In this document: positions 7,435 to 16,764 of the stretch, one piece after another
Layout: each line of letters opens with the position of its first letter
Numbering within the stretch: position 1 is the first letter of the stretch
IMG/VR virus record: IMGVR_UViG_3300028327_000814
Length of the DNA: 24,658 nucleotides
Origin: a virus
Strand: one strand, 5' to 3'
Notes under the pieces: model-generated
Seen by the model: the letters and a program-made list of their open reading frames with translations, nothing else
Told to the model about the DNA's origin: nothing
The model's database searches: none
Translations under genes and position numbers: made by a program

Positions 7435-7447
7435 AAGGATATTTATT

Positions 7448-7786
7448 ATGGAATACAGAGTATTTATTTTAACCATGCCGAACAATAACGCATGGAATGG
7501 CAAATGGACTGGCGATAATAGGCTGTTTTGCATTGTAAGAAGTTATAAGAAAAAAGACCTTGCGCTTAAAAATTTAAAAGAAGACAACCATTATTACAAT
7601 TTTGGAGATGGATGGGGCGCGAATGTAGAGGTTAAGCGCATAACGGGCGATGAAGCGAAATTATACAGAAAACGCTCCGAAGGTTTTTCTGGTTATAGCT
7701 GGATGGTAGATGAAATTGAAAAATATGGGCGCATATTAACAAGAACCGAAAGGAAGGAGAAGAAAAATGAAACCGCCAACCTGTAA
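7448..7786 (+). CDS. Hypothetical phage protein
   Basis: 112-aa ORF with MPNNNAWNGKWTG and YNFGDGWGA. Confidence 0.7.
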   Translation: MEYRVFILTMPNNNAWNGKWTGDNRLFCIVRSYKKKDLALKNLKEDNHYYNFGDGWGANVEVKRITGDEAKLYRKRSEGFSGYSWMVDEIEKYGRILTRTERKEKKNETANL

Positions 7787-8090
7787 ACAAATCGGCTGTG
7801 CCGGAATCAGTTGCAAGCATTACAAGCCAACGGATAGAAAAACATTAGATAAAATATTTGCTTTAGTGAAAACTTATGATAATTATATGGTTATTCTCAA
7901 TAAGGATAGGCATTATGTAGTTGTTGATACCCACGACCTGAACCATGAAGGGAAAATATGTAATATGGAAAAAATCGAAATAGGGTGGGAAGCGGTAAAG
8001 CCCATTATTGAAAAACAAATGGAAAGCGTCAAGCAAAAACTAAAAGAATTAGGTTTTATTATGGAGAAAGAGGAGGCAAGAAATGAGTAA
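7767..8090 (+). CDS. Hypothetical protein
   Basis: AAGGAG RBS; overlaps both neighbours. Confidence 0.65.
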   Translation: MKPPTCKQIGCAGISCKHYKPTDRKTLDKIFALVKTYDNYMVILNKDRHYVVVDTHDLNHEGKICNMEKIEIGWEAVKPIIEKQMESVKQKLKELGFIMEKEEARNE

Positions 8091-8838
8091 CGGTATCTAT
8101 CAGGCAATAGCGACCGCCATGAGCGAGATTGAGCCTATTGCGAAAAAACGCAGAAACACGGAGCAGAAATTTAACTTTAGGGGAATAGACGACGTAATGA
8201 ACGAACTGTCGCCCATACTGGTTAAAAACAAAATATTTATCTACCCCGAAGTAACCGACGTTCAACGCCATGAAAGGGCGACGGCAAAAGGCGGCACTTT
8301 GTTTTATTCGGTGCTTACCGTCAAGTACCATTTTACGCATGAGGACGGCTCTGAATTGTGCTGTGTGGTGGTGGGAGAGGGAATGGACACGGGCGACAAG
8401 GCAAGTAATAAGGCTATGGCGATAGCTTTCAAATACGCCTGTTTACAGATGTTTTGCATACCTACGGAGGATATGCCCGACCCCGACGGTGAAACGCCTC
8501 CGCCGTCAACGCCCCAAAACCAGCCGCCTCAAAATAACGCGAATTCACCCCAAAAACCCAACGGAAACGGTCAAAACGGCGCAAATTCGGCTGAAAAAGA
8601 GCGAAAAGAGAAAGCTGGCGAGGCGATAAGGAAAATCCTTGAAACGGTGGACGGCGACGAACAGCCTTTTTTCAACAAAAAAGAAATCGAGATTGAGCGC
8701 AAAATATATATGACATCTAACATGGCTGACATTGAAAAACAGTATACGAGGCTTAAAAGCGAACTGGAAAAAAGGAAAGCCCAATGGAAACCTATACCTT
8801 TTGGGGAACAGCCTGAATTTGAAAACGACATGCCTTGA
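8083..8838 (+). CDS. ERF family single-strand annealing protein
   Basis: FNFRGIDDVMN, GEGMDTGDKASNKAMAIAFKYA..FCIPTED..DPD. Confidence 0.9.
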   Translation: MSNGIYQAIATAMSEIEPIAKKRRNTEQKFNFRGIDDVMNELSPILVKNKIFIYPEVTDVQRHERATAKGGTLFYSVLTVKYHFTHEDGSELCCVVVGEGMDTGDKASNKAMAIAFKYACLQMFCIPTEDMPDPDGETPPPSTPQNQPPQNNANSPQKPNGNGQNGANSAEKERKEKAGEAIRKILETVDGDEQPFFNKKEIEIERKIYMTSNMADIEKQYTRLKSELEKRKAQWKPIPFGEQPEFENDMP

Positions 8839-8868
8839 GGCGTGTAAAAAATATTTAAGGAGAGAAAA

Positions 8869-9267
8869 ATGGCAAGTAATTTGAATCAGGTTTGTATTGA
8901 AGGCAACCTTGTAAGAAACCCCGAAATGCGATCCACCCCCAGAGGTATGCCCGTATTAAACTTTTCGATAGCCTCAAACCGCTACCGCAAGGTCGGGGAC
9001 GAGTTTGAAAAAGAAACGTCCTATTTTGACGTTCAATGTTGGGACAGGCTGGCTGAGGACGTTTACGCCTTCGGCAAAAAAGGAACGCCCGTTAAAGTTA
9101 CTGGCAGGCTGAAACAAGACCGCTGGACAGGCAGGGACGGCAAAAACGCAAGCAAAATTATCATAGTGGCGGAAACCGTGAACAAACAAGAGCGGCAACC
9201 GAGAGAACATCAGGAAGATTATCCGCAGATACAGGAACACCAAGAAACAGGCGGCTGTCCGTTTTAA
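8869..9267 (+). CDS. ssb: Single-stranded DNA-binding protein
   Basis: LNQVCIEGNLVRNPEMR, V.GRLKQDRW, C-terminal PF. Confidence 0.95.
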   Translation: MASNLNQVCIEGNLVRNPEMRSTPRGMPVLNFSIASNRYRKVGDEFEKETSYFDVQCWDRLAEDVYAFGKKGTPVKVTGRLKQDRWTGRDGKNASKIIIVAETVNKQERQPREHQEDYPQIQEHQETGGCPF

Positions 9268-9289
9268 TAACAACTGACGGGAGGGTGTT

Positions 9290-9724
9290 ATTAAAATCTT
9301 AATCACTGGCAACGGCACATACACAGGCGCGAATTTAACCGCTGGCAAATACTACCAAGTAGAACCAGCGGATACCGGCACAAGCGAACAAAACCGCTGT
9401 TGGCACTCATTACTTCAAACCTACTGGACAAGCGGCTGTCATTCCTACAACGCCACAAGTTTTGAACACTTCAGGGAGCTTATCAAACTGTATCTGGGCG
9501 CGGGCGTGGAAAAGTACCGCGATCTGGTTGACGACAACGGCGAGCCTGTAGACGAGCCTGTTATTAAATGGCGGCTTAAAAGCTGGCGGGACTACTCAAA
9601 GAAAGAGCGCATGGAAAGCATAGACCGATTAATAGCGGAGATGGTGCAGGCTGGCGTAAACAGCAAAAAGTTTTCAGAGATATTACAAGGCATGGAAAAA
9701 AACAACATGAGGGCGGTCAGTTAA
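9290..9724 (+). CDS. NinB-like recombination protein with a probable ATT start (track start 9506)
   Basis: The frame is open from the TGA at 9275. GGGAGGG precedes ATT at 9290. EQNRCWHSLL and KSWRDYSKKERMESIDRL resemble NinB motifs. Confidence 0.6.
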   Translation: MKILITGNGTYTGANLTAGKYYQVEPADTGTSEQNRCWHSLLQTYWTSGCHSYNATSFEHFRELIKLYLGAGVEKYRDLVDDNGEPVDEPVIKWRLKSWRDYSKKERMESIDRLIAEMVQAGVNSKKFSEILQGMEKNNMRAVS

Positions 9725-9741
9725 TTGTAATTGGGGGGGGC

Positions 9742-11136
9742 ATGAATTATAAAGACTTTATACATAACAAATTAAAAACATTTCCTAACGCAGGGTTTGA
9801 CATTAACACCCACGAATTAAATAAAAGTCTGTTCCAATGGCAAAAAGACGTGGTAAGGTGGGCGTTAAGAAAAGGAAAATGCGCCTTATTCCTTGACACG
9901 GGGCTGGGTAAGACATTCTGCCAGTTGGAATGGGCGTATCAAGTCCATAAGAAAACAAATGAGAATATTATTATTTTCGCCCCTCTTGCGGTGTCATACC
10001 AAACGCAGAGAGAAGGTGAAAAATACGGGATTGCCGTTCATATAAGCAGGGGTATGAACGACATTAAACCGGGCATAAATATAGCGAATTACGAAATTAT
10101 GGACAGGTTTGATTTTAATTCTTTCGGCGGCATTGTGTTAGACGAAAGCAGTTGCATAAAACATTTCGGGACAAAGACCGCGGCGGAACTGATAAGCAGA
10201 TGTAGAAACGTAAAATATAAATTGTGCTGTACGGCAACCCCCGCGCCTAATGATTTTATGGAATTGGGCATGCACTCCGAATTTCTAGGGGTAATGAAAC
10301 GGTCTGAAATGCTGGCGACTTTCTTTGTCCATGACGGCGGGGAAACTGCAAAATGGAGATTGAAAGGACACGCCGAGCCGGTATTTTGGAAGTGGATCGC
10401 TTCATGGGCTTGCGTAATTAAAACGCCCAGCGATCTGGGCTATTCAGATGAAGGCTATATTTTACCTGAATTAAAAATCATACAGCATATAGTAAAGAGC
10501 GAAATAACGGCGACACCCGAAGGGCAGAATTTGCTGTTTTGCGAACACGCGAAAACATTGAACGAGCGCAGGCAGGCGCGGAGAAACAGCTTGCAGGACA
10601 GGGTGCAGAAAGCCGCCGAAATTGCGAATAACAACAAAGACCAAGTTTTATTGTGGTGCGATTTGAACATAGAAAGTGAAATGTTGAAAAAAGCGATTAA
10701 TAATAATGTCGAAGTCAAGGGAAGCGACACGACGGAACATAAGACAAACGCGATTATTGATTTTATAAACAAGAAAATAAAAGCGATTATAAGCAAGTCT
10801 TCAATATACGGTTTCGGCATAAACCTTCAAAATTGCCATAGGATCATTTTCGTGGGATTGAATGACAGCTTTGAACAGTTTTATCAGGCGATTAGAAGGT
10901 GTTGGCGTTTCGGGCAGAAAGAAATTGTAGAGGTACACATAATCACTTCCGAAGCGGAAGGCGCGGTTAAAAAGAATATAGAACGGAAACAAAGGGACGC
11001 TGAAAGAATGACCAGAGAAATAGTCAAACACACTAAAGACATAATCAGAAATGAAATTCATCAAACTACAGGGATGGTTGAATCATACAACGCGGTAGAA
11101 AAGATGATAATTCCCAAATGGCTGGAGGTAGCATGA
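9742..11136 (+). CDS. SNF2-like superfamily 2 helicase
   Basis: DTGLGKT (Walker A), VLDESS (Walker B), TATPAPND, GFGINLQ, QAIRRCWRFGQ. Confidence 0.9.
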   Translation: MNYKDFIHNKLKTFPNAGFDINTHELNKSLFQWQKDVVRWALRKGKCALFLDTGLGKTFCQLEWAYQVHKKTNENIIIFAPLAVSYQTQREGEKYGIAVHISRGMNDIKPGINIANYEIMDRFDFNSFGGIVLDESSCIKHFGTKTAAELISRCRNVKYKLCCTATPAPNDFMELGMHSEFLGVMKRSEMLATFFVHDGGETAKWRLKGHAEPVFWKWIASWACVIKTPSDLGYSDEGYILPELKIIQHIVKSEITATPEGQNLLFCEHAKTLNERRQARRNSLQDRVQKAAEIANNNKDQVLLWCDLNIESEMLKKAINNNVEVKGSDTTEHKTNAIIDFINKKIKAIISKSSIYGFGINLQNCHRIIFVGLNDSFEQFYQAIRRCWRFGQKEIVEVHIITSEAEGAVKKNIERKQRDAERMTREIVKHTKDIIRNEIHQTTGMVESYNAVEKMIIPKWLEVA

Positions 11137-12077
11137 AAGTCATACAGCAACATATTACGGAAAAGGCGGCGATTTATCACGGCGACAGTTGCGAGGTGTT
11201 GGGCGGAATACCCGATAATACGATCCATTATGAGATTTATTCCCCCCCCTTCGCGAGCCTTTATACCTATTCAAACAGCGAACGGGATTTGGGGAACTGC
11301 CAAAGCTATAACGTGTTTTTTGAACAATACAATTTTATCGCCAAAGAATTATTCAGGGTGCTTATGCCCGGAAGGTTAATGAGCGTTCATTGCATGGACA
11401 TTCCCCTTATGAAGGAAAGGGACGGCTATATAGGGTTAAATGACTTTCCCGGACATTTGATAAAAATGTTTCAAGAAATCGGCTTTATATACCACAGCAG
11501 GGTAACGATATGGAAAGACCCGCTAATAGAGGCGACAAGAACAAAAGCCATAGGCTTAATGCACAAACAAATTATAAAAGACAGCGCGATGTGCAGGCAG
11601 GGTTTGCCTGATTATTTACTGACATTCAGAAAGTTAGGCGAAAATCCCGAACCGATAAGCAATCCCGAAGGATTTACAGAATACATCGGCGAAGAAAAAC
11701 CAGCGGTACACGGCGGAGTATTTTCTCATCATGTTTGGCGAAAATACGCAAGCCCTGTTTGGATGGACATTAATCAATCGGACACATTGCAGTATAGGAG
11801 CGCAAGGGAACAAAAAGACGAGAAACATATCTGCCCCCTGCAATTAGACGTTATAAGACGCGCCATAGAATTATGGTCAAATAAAAATGACATTGTATTA
11901 AGCCCCTTCGGCGGCATAGGAAGCGAGCCTGTGATCGCTATTGAAATGGGGCGCAGGGCGATCGCGATTGAATTGAAAGAAAGTTATTACAAACAAATGG
12001 TTGATAACTGCATAATAGCGGAAAGAAAAGCAGGCGATCTGTTTACGGAAATTGAAGATAAAAAGAATACCGCTTAA
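11133..12077 (+). CDS. N4-cytosine/N6-adenine DNA methyltransferase, beta class
   Basis: Catalytic SPPF is N-terminal; HICPLQ and SAM-binding SPFGGIGS are C-terminal. ATGA-coupled to the helicase. Confidence 0.9.
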   Translation: MKVIQQHITEKAAIYHGDSCEVLGGIPDNTIHYEIYSPPFASLYTYSNSERDLGNCQSYNVFFEQYNFIAKELFRVLMPGRLMSVHCMDIPLMKERDGYIGLNDFPGHLIKMFQEIGFIYHSRVTIWKDPLIEATRTKAIGLMHKQIIKDSAMCRQGLPDYLLTFRKLGENPEPISNPEGFTEYIGEEKPAVHGGVFSHHVWRKYASPVWMDINQSDTLQYRSAREQKDEKHICPLQLDVIRRAIELWSNKNDIVLSPFGGIGSEPVIAIEMGRRAIAIELKESYYKQMVDNCIIAERKAGDLFTEIEDKKNTA

Positions 12078-12098
12078 TCAGTTTTTTAGGGAGGGGCA

Positions 12099-12593
12099 TT
12101 GAAAAACTATAATCCGCAACAACTGTATCTTTTCAAAGACTTCATTCCCGTTCAGCCTATGCCCGACACCACCGTATTATTCCACATACAGAGGGCTAAC
12201 AAGGAGAAGTTTCAGGACATAGCCAAGCTGGAGGGGCTGTCTCTGACTGGCTTATTAAACGCCTTAATAACCGAGCATATAAAAAGCTGGTTTGAAAGGA
12301 AAAAGCCCAAGACGGGCAGGGGCAACACTAATCTAGGGGAGATAGACAAAGCCAAAGAATTCTTTAGATTAAAACACCCCAAGCCCATTAGGAAAGTTGA
12401 ACTGGCTAATTACATAGGCTGTTCACAGGCTAGGGCGTTAATCATTCTTAACATCTTATCTGGAGTTAGCAACGACAGGGAGAAAGACGGGGCGGAATTT
12501 GTGCCTAAAGATTTTTTAGTGGGGGAAAATGATTTTGATACTCCCATAACATATTTTATTGCGAAGGATAAAAAATTAGGCATAGAGCCGTAA
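12099..12593 (+). CDS. Putative DNA-binding protein (RHH-like plus HTH-like segments)
   Basis: KEKFQDIAKLEGLSLTGLLNALI and KVELANYIGCSQARA; TTG start after GGGAGGGG. Confidence 0.6.
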   Translation: MKNYNPQQLYLFKDFIPVQPMPDTTVLFHIQRANKEKFQDIAKLEGLSLTGLLNALITEHIKSWFERKKPKTGRGNTNLGEIDKAKEFFRLKHPKPIRKVELANYIGCSQARALIILNILSGVSNDREKDGAEFVPKDFLVGENDFDTPITYFIAKDKKLGIEP

Positions 12594-12596
12594 AAC

Positions 12597-13124
12597 ATGA
12601 GAAGCGAATTTGAAGAAAAAGCCATATTTGCGTTAACACAATATTATGACAGCCCCTATAGGTTAGGCAGCGCGTTTGTAATCCCTAATTGTTCTTATTT
12701 CGGGCATGAGTGCGACGTATTGATTATTTCTAAAAATGATTACGCGACGGAGATTGAACTTAAAGCGTCATTACCCGATTTAAAAGCCGATATGAAAAAA
12801 TGGCATAAACATTACAGCCCTCATATCAGGCAGTTATATTTTGGTCTATCCGAAGACATAGACTATGACAGGGCGTTAAAATACATACCAGAAAACGCCG
12901 GAATAATATTATTTTACAAACCGCAATACGGCAAATTTAAAAGTCAATATGTATGTAGGATAACACGAAGACCGAAGGCAAACAGGACGGCAAATAAAAT
13001 AAATGATAATCAAAAAAGAGATTTATTAAGAACCATGTATTTTAGGTATTATAACCTTCTATACAAGAAAGAATGGGAACAAATAAACGCACAAACAAAT
13101 GAACCAAAACAAAATAATACTTGA
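12597..13124 (+). CDS. PD-(D/E)xK nuclease-fold protein, MmcB-like
   Basis: ECDVLIIS...EIELKAS..DLKAD..K.H and IPENAGII. Confidence 0.7.
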   Translation: MRSEFEEKAIFALTQYYDSPYRLGSAFVIPNCSYFGHECDVLIISKNDYATEIELKASLPDLKADMKKWHKHYSPHIRQLYFGLSEDIDYDRALKYIPENAGIILFYKPQYGKFKSQYVCRITRRPKANRTANKINDNQKRDLLRTMYFRYYNLLYKKEWEQINAQTNEPKQNNT

Positions 13125-13737
13125 CCTCTGCGGCGGTACAGGCTCATGGATAAAGCCCTACAAAGAAGCTGGCTATGACGTGCGCCTTGTCACCTTACCC
13201 GACAATGACGTGTTAACCTACGAACCGCCCGATAACGTATACGGCATATTGGCAGCGCCGCCGTGTACCGAATACAGCGTATTAAACCGTGATAAATATA
13301 ACAACCAAGAACAGTTTTTCGATTTTGACAAATTCAAGAATACAGTGAATACGGAAATTCTTAATAGGTGTATAAAAATAATTGAAAATTGTAAACCTGT
13401 ATTTTTTGCGATAGAAAACCCCTGCGGTCTTATGCGTAAATATATGGGTAAACCAACATTATCTTTCCAACCTTATCAATATGGGGACGGCTGGACAAAA
13501 AAAACAGATATATGGGGAAAGTTTAACATACCCGCTTTTACTCATACATGGGAAACCTGCCCAAAGTTAAATCTGTATATCCGACCGACCAGAAAAAAGC
13601 CGTCAATAGCGTTTTTGCATAAATCGGCAATAACCTTAATTCCGCAGTTTGCGGGGATTGAAGTAGAAACGGACGCTGCGCTGAGGGCGATAACCCCGCC
13701 CGGATTTGCGAAGGCGTTTTTTGAAGCGAACCAATGA
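13099..13737 (+). CDS. Short C5-cytosine DNA methyltransferase-like protein
   Basis: ILDLCGGTGSW (motif I), AAPPCTEYS (catalytic PC), IENP, RAITPPGFA. Confidence 0.85.
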   Translation: MNQNKIILDLCGGTGSWIKPYKEAGYDVRLVTLPDNDVLTYEPPDNVYGILAAPPCTEYSVLNRDKYNNQEQFFDFDKFKNTVNTEILNRCIKIIENCKPVFFAIENPCGLMRKYMGKPTLSFQPYQYGDGWTKKTDIWGKFNIPAFTHTWETCPKLNLYIRPTRKKPSIAFLHKSAITLIPQFAGIEVETDAALRAITPPGFAKAFFEANQ

Positions 13738-13750
13738 CAAGGGGGAATAA

Positions 13751-13933
13751 ATGGAAAAACTGACCATCGAGCTTGACTGCAACAAAAAGACCTGCGGCAA
13801 ATGTAAACTGGTTGTCAAGGCAAGCAAGGGTACGGCTTGCGGGCTGTACGTTAAAGTACTTGAGGGTAAAGGCGGTTACAGGCGGCTGCCTGAATGTATA
13901 GCCGCTTGTAAGACGCAAAGGGGGAGAAAATGA
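13751..13933 (+). CDS. Small Cys-rich protein
   Basis: CGKC...C...RLPECIAA; RBS present and coupled to the next gene. Confidence 0.65.
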   Translation: MEKLTIELDCNKKTCGKCKLVVKASKGTACGLYVKVLEGKGGYRRLPECIAACKTQRGRK

Positions 13934-14580
13934 GCAAAATTAAAACTATACCAAAAAAAGATATGTATGTTTTACTCCTTGATGACGCTAAGGAAAAATC
14001 GTATCGTTTCTCATGGTTTGAAGATTTTTCAAATGAATACGGACAACCAAAAAAATGTAATATTTTAACTACGCACAGAATGGATCAGCTTACAACGTAT
14101 GCCGACACTAACCGCGATGTTCTTATTTTTGTTGACCCCGGAGAATTAGGCAGTATTGGACTTCATGGCAAAGAGTACAAGGAAGACAGGCAACTATACA
14201 GATGGCTTGAGAATAATCCTAGCAGAGTGATTAATGTTCTTTTCACTATCCCTAAAACAAATTATGGCGATATACAGACATTTACATTGGAAAATCAAAT
14301 ATATGATATATCTTACGAAGACTCAAGATATTATGTCGATTTATTATTACTTGAATGGCTTTTTAATAATAATCCGCTGGCACTATTCGGTAAAGACGTA
14401 ATAGGCTGGCAACAAGTTACTGACTATATTCCAAAATTACATGAACCTCTTGTATCGGCAATATGCGAACAACTAGGCATAGAGGGAAAAGGAGTCGCCA
14501 GTAAGAAAAAAGCAATATCTGAATATTATCATAACACATGGGAAATGGAAATGAAACGCCGTGGAGTAAAGGGGTATTAA
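13930..14580 (+). CDS. Hypothetical protein
   Basis: 216-aa ORF coupled on both sides. Confidence 0.7.
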   Translation: MSKIKTIPKKDMYVLLLDDAKEKSYRFSWFEDFSNEYGQPKKCNILTTHRMDQLTTYADTNRDVLIFVDPGELGSIGLHGKEYKEDRQLYRWLENNPSRVINVLFTIPKTNYGDIQTFTLENQIYDISYEDSRYYVDLLLLEWLFNNNPLALFGKDVIGWQQVTDYIPKLHEPLVSAICEQLGIEGKGVASKKKAISEYYHNTWEMEMKRRGVKGY

Positions 14581-14823
14581 ATGACAATTAAAACATGGCG
14601 CAATGACTTTTTGAAAGTCTGCAAAAACTGCAATCATTTTATCGACAGGGGCGGTGGCAGGTTCAGGTATCGGTGCGGTAAATATATCTGCTCTATATAT
14701 AAGGCTTATAAATGCAAGAAACTAGCCGCCGTTATGGAACAGGCGGCAGAAATATCGAATAAAGCCCTTGACGAGGCTTTCCGCGCTCTTACAACGGGGA
14801 ATGGGTTTTATACCGTACAGTAA
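14581..14823 (+). CDS. Small Cys-rich hypothetical protein
   Basis: CKNCNHF motif. Confidence 0.6.
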   Translation: MTIKTWRNDFLKVCKNCNHFIDRGGGRFRYRCGKYICSIYKAYKCKKLAAVMEQAAEISNKALDEAFRALTTGNGFYTVQ

Positions 14824-14870
14824 AAAATGAGCTTGATATTGTTTAATTCAACACGTTTTATAGACTTATC

Positions 14871-15008
14871 ATGCTGGTATGGCAGACCAGCATTGACAGA
14901 AACATAGCGTATTCAAGCCCGATTTTTTAATGAGGGGTTGGCAGTTGCTATGTTCTGCCTATGCTGTTTGCCGCAGCGCCCTTCATTAAAGGATTGGGCT
15001 TATTTTAT
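14871..15008 (+). ncRNA. Structured cis-regulatory/antisense RNA with C4- or P4 CI-like architecture
   Basis: A 23-bp stem (14915-14937/14979-15001) encloses two hairpins whose loops are complementary to upstream 14881-14908. A leader hairpin lies at 14871-14893. Confidence 0.7.
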
Positions 15009-15025
15009 TGGTTTGGGAGTATAAA

Positions 15026-15910
15026 ATGACAGATGAATTTTCTACTTTTGTATTAAGTGAAACAACAGTTAATCAGATAAATGCGCTGCCGGATACCATG
15101 CAATTAAAATATTATAAGGCGGTAGCGGATTATGGTTTGAATGGGATAGAGCCTGATTTTATCGGAATGGAATTGGCTGTATGGATTTCAATGCGAGATT
15201 TAATCTTACACACAAAAAGAAAAGACGAAAAATGGCGGCAAAAACAACAGGAAAATGGGAAAAAAGGCGGTAGACCAAAAACCCAAAATAACCCAGATGA
15301 ACCCAAAAAACCCACCGAAACCCAAAATAACCCAGATGAACCCAAAAAACCCACCGAAACCCAAAATAACCCAGATGATAATTGGGTTAATACGGAAACC
15401 CATAATGACAATAACAATGACAATGGAAATGACAAGGATAATGAATTTACTCCAACGGCTTGTGCCGTTGACCAAAAAGAGATTATCCCTGTTTCACCAA
15501 AAAACAAAATTGCGCCCGTTTCCCAGCCGCCGCCCAAAAAACGGGGATCAGTTTTAACTGACGAGCAAAAACCTTTATTCCATGCCGCTAAAGCCTGTTT
15601 TGAAAGTTCCGAGAGGGCTAAAGCAATTATGTATCAGGACAGGGGATCAACGCAAATGCACATGGAAAACCTAAAATTATTTGTAGTCAGGTGTCAAAAT
15701 ATGGCTCCGGAAATAACCGCAGATTTTATGCGTAACGTGCTGGAGCATTTTAAGACAATTATCAACGGCAAATTAAAAGGCAGAGCCGAATTTACGCCCA
15801 GAGCCTTAATTACCCCGTGGATATGGGAAATGGTTATAGGCACGTTGCCGGAAGCCGATGACGAACTGACGGAAAAAATAAGGGCAAGCATAAAGGGGAT
15901 GTTTCAATGA
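15026..15910 (+). CDS. Phage replication initiator with DUF6291-like N-terminal domain
   Basis: YKAVADYGLNGIEPDF...ENGKKGGRPK, then a repeat linker and a DN-rich tract; GGGAG RBS before ATG 15026. Confidence 0.8.
   Translation: MTDEFSTFVLSETTVNQINALPDTMQLKYYKAVADYGLNGIEPDFIGMELAVWISMRDLILHTKRKDEKWRQKQQENGKKGGRPKTQNNPDEPKKPTETQNNPDEPKKPTETQNNPDDNWVNTETHNDNNNDNGNDKDNEFTPTACAVDQKEIIPVSPKNKIAPVSQPPPKKRGSVLTDEQKPLFHAAKACFESSERAKAIMYQDRGSTQMHMENLKLFVVRCQNMAPEITADFMRNVLEHFKTIINGKLKGRAEFTPRALITPWIWEMVIGTLPEADDELTEKIRASIKGMFQ
15281..15378 (+). repeat. 39-bp tandem repeat (about 2.5 copies), probable origin iterons
   Basis: Unit ACCCAAAATAACCCAGATGAACCCAAAAAACCCACCGAA, with an AACCCA core recurring about every 10 bp. 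Confidence 0.85.
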
Positions 15911-16284
15911 CGGTAAAAGAATTATTAAACTTTTTTGAAAGTTATTACGGCGAAAAATATACGGGTTTGTTTCTTGACGTAATGCTGGATTATCTTGAAG
16001 ACAGCACTGATGAATTTCTGTTGGCGGTAAGAAAAACAATGGTTTTAAGGTTTTCCAGAATTTACAACAAAGTGCCCTGCCCCGCCGACATAGAAAAAAA
16101 CATGGACGAGATTTTATCTGTCATGTCCGCGCCCAAGACATATTTGCCCGAACCCGAAGAGCCGAGAGCAACACCCGAAGAGGCGCAAGAATTTCACGAA
16201 CAATTAATGTCCATGTTAAAAACAAAGAGAGTGGGAGCGATGTCAAAGCCGTTGAATGAATTTGTAAACAGTATCACTAATTGA
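15907..16284 (+). CDS. Putative helicase loader/inhibitor
   Basis: Coupled to the initiator; KVPCPADIEK resembles the P..A.I motif of G39P-like loaders. Confidence 0.5.
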   Translation: MTVKELLNFFESYYGEKYTGLFLDVMLDYLEDSTDEFLLAVRKTMVLRFSRIYNKVPCPADIEKNMDEILSVMSAPKTYLPEPEEPRATPEEAQEFHEQLMSMLKTKRVGAMSKPLNEFVNSITN

Positions 16285-16324
16285 TATTTGTTAATTTTAA
16301 TTGGGAGAGCATGAGGGGGAAAGC

Positions 16325-16423
16325 ATGAAAAATTGGTTAAATGGTTTTTGGTATGGCTGGAGCTCCGCCATGATCGGCGGTTTTATCTTAATAATAATTT
16401 TATTAATTTTGAAGTCTATATAA
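16325..16423 (+). CDS. Small membrane peptide (32 aa)
   Basis: MKNWLNGFWYGWSSAMIGGFILIIILLILKSI, preceded by GAGGGGG. Confidence 0.5.
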   Translation: MKNWLNGFWYGWSSAMIGGFILIIILLILKSI

Positions 16424-16446
16424 ACTTAAATAAAAAGGAGTAAAGC

Positions 16447-16764
16447 ATGACAGGAATAAAACTGATAGCCGAAGAAAGAAAGCGGCAGATTGAAGAAGAA
16501 GGGTGGACGGCGGAGCATGATGACGATGAGCATGATAGGGGTGAATTAGTTCGTGCCGCTGTTTGTTATGCTCTAGGCAATGAGCCTAATGTAATTGTTG
16601 GAAGAAATGCCGTGAGCATAAACTTTGTAAAACTTCTGTGGCCTTGGGATTGGAAATGGTGGAAACCGTCGCCTAAAAATCGAATTAAGGAATTAAAAAA
16701 AGCGGGAGCGTTAATCGCCGCTGAATTAGACAGACTTTTAAGGCAGAGGGGGAAGCATGATTGA
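16447..16764 (+). CDS. Conserved phage protein (ERKRQI...WPW...WWKP family)
   Basis: IAEERKRQIEEEGWTAEHDD, WPWDWKWWKP, LKKAGALIAAELDRL. Confidence 0.8.
   Translation: MTGIKLIAEERKRQIEEEGWTAEHDDDEHDRGELVRAAVCYALGNEPNVIVGRNAVSINFVKLLWPWDWKWWKPSPKNRIKELKKAGALIAAELDRLLRQRGKHD

Noticed and set aside
15281-15378. Tandem repeat as a CRISPR array for the RAMP protein
   Set aside because: The units are contiguous with no unique spacers and lie in frame within the initiator; iterons explain them better.
15130-15557. Alternative-frame and antisense ORFs over the initiator repeat
   Set aside because: They are open only because the repeat lacks stop codons; no RBS or recognisable motifs.
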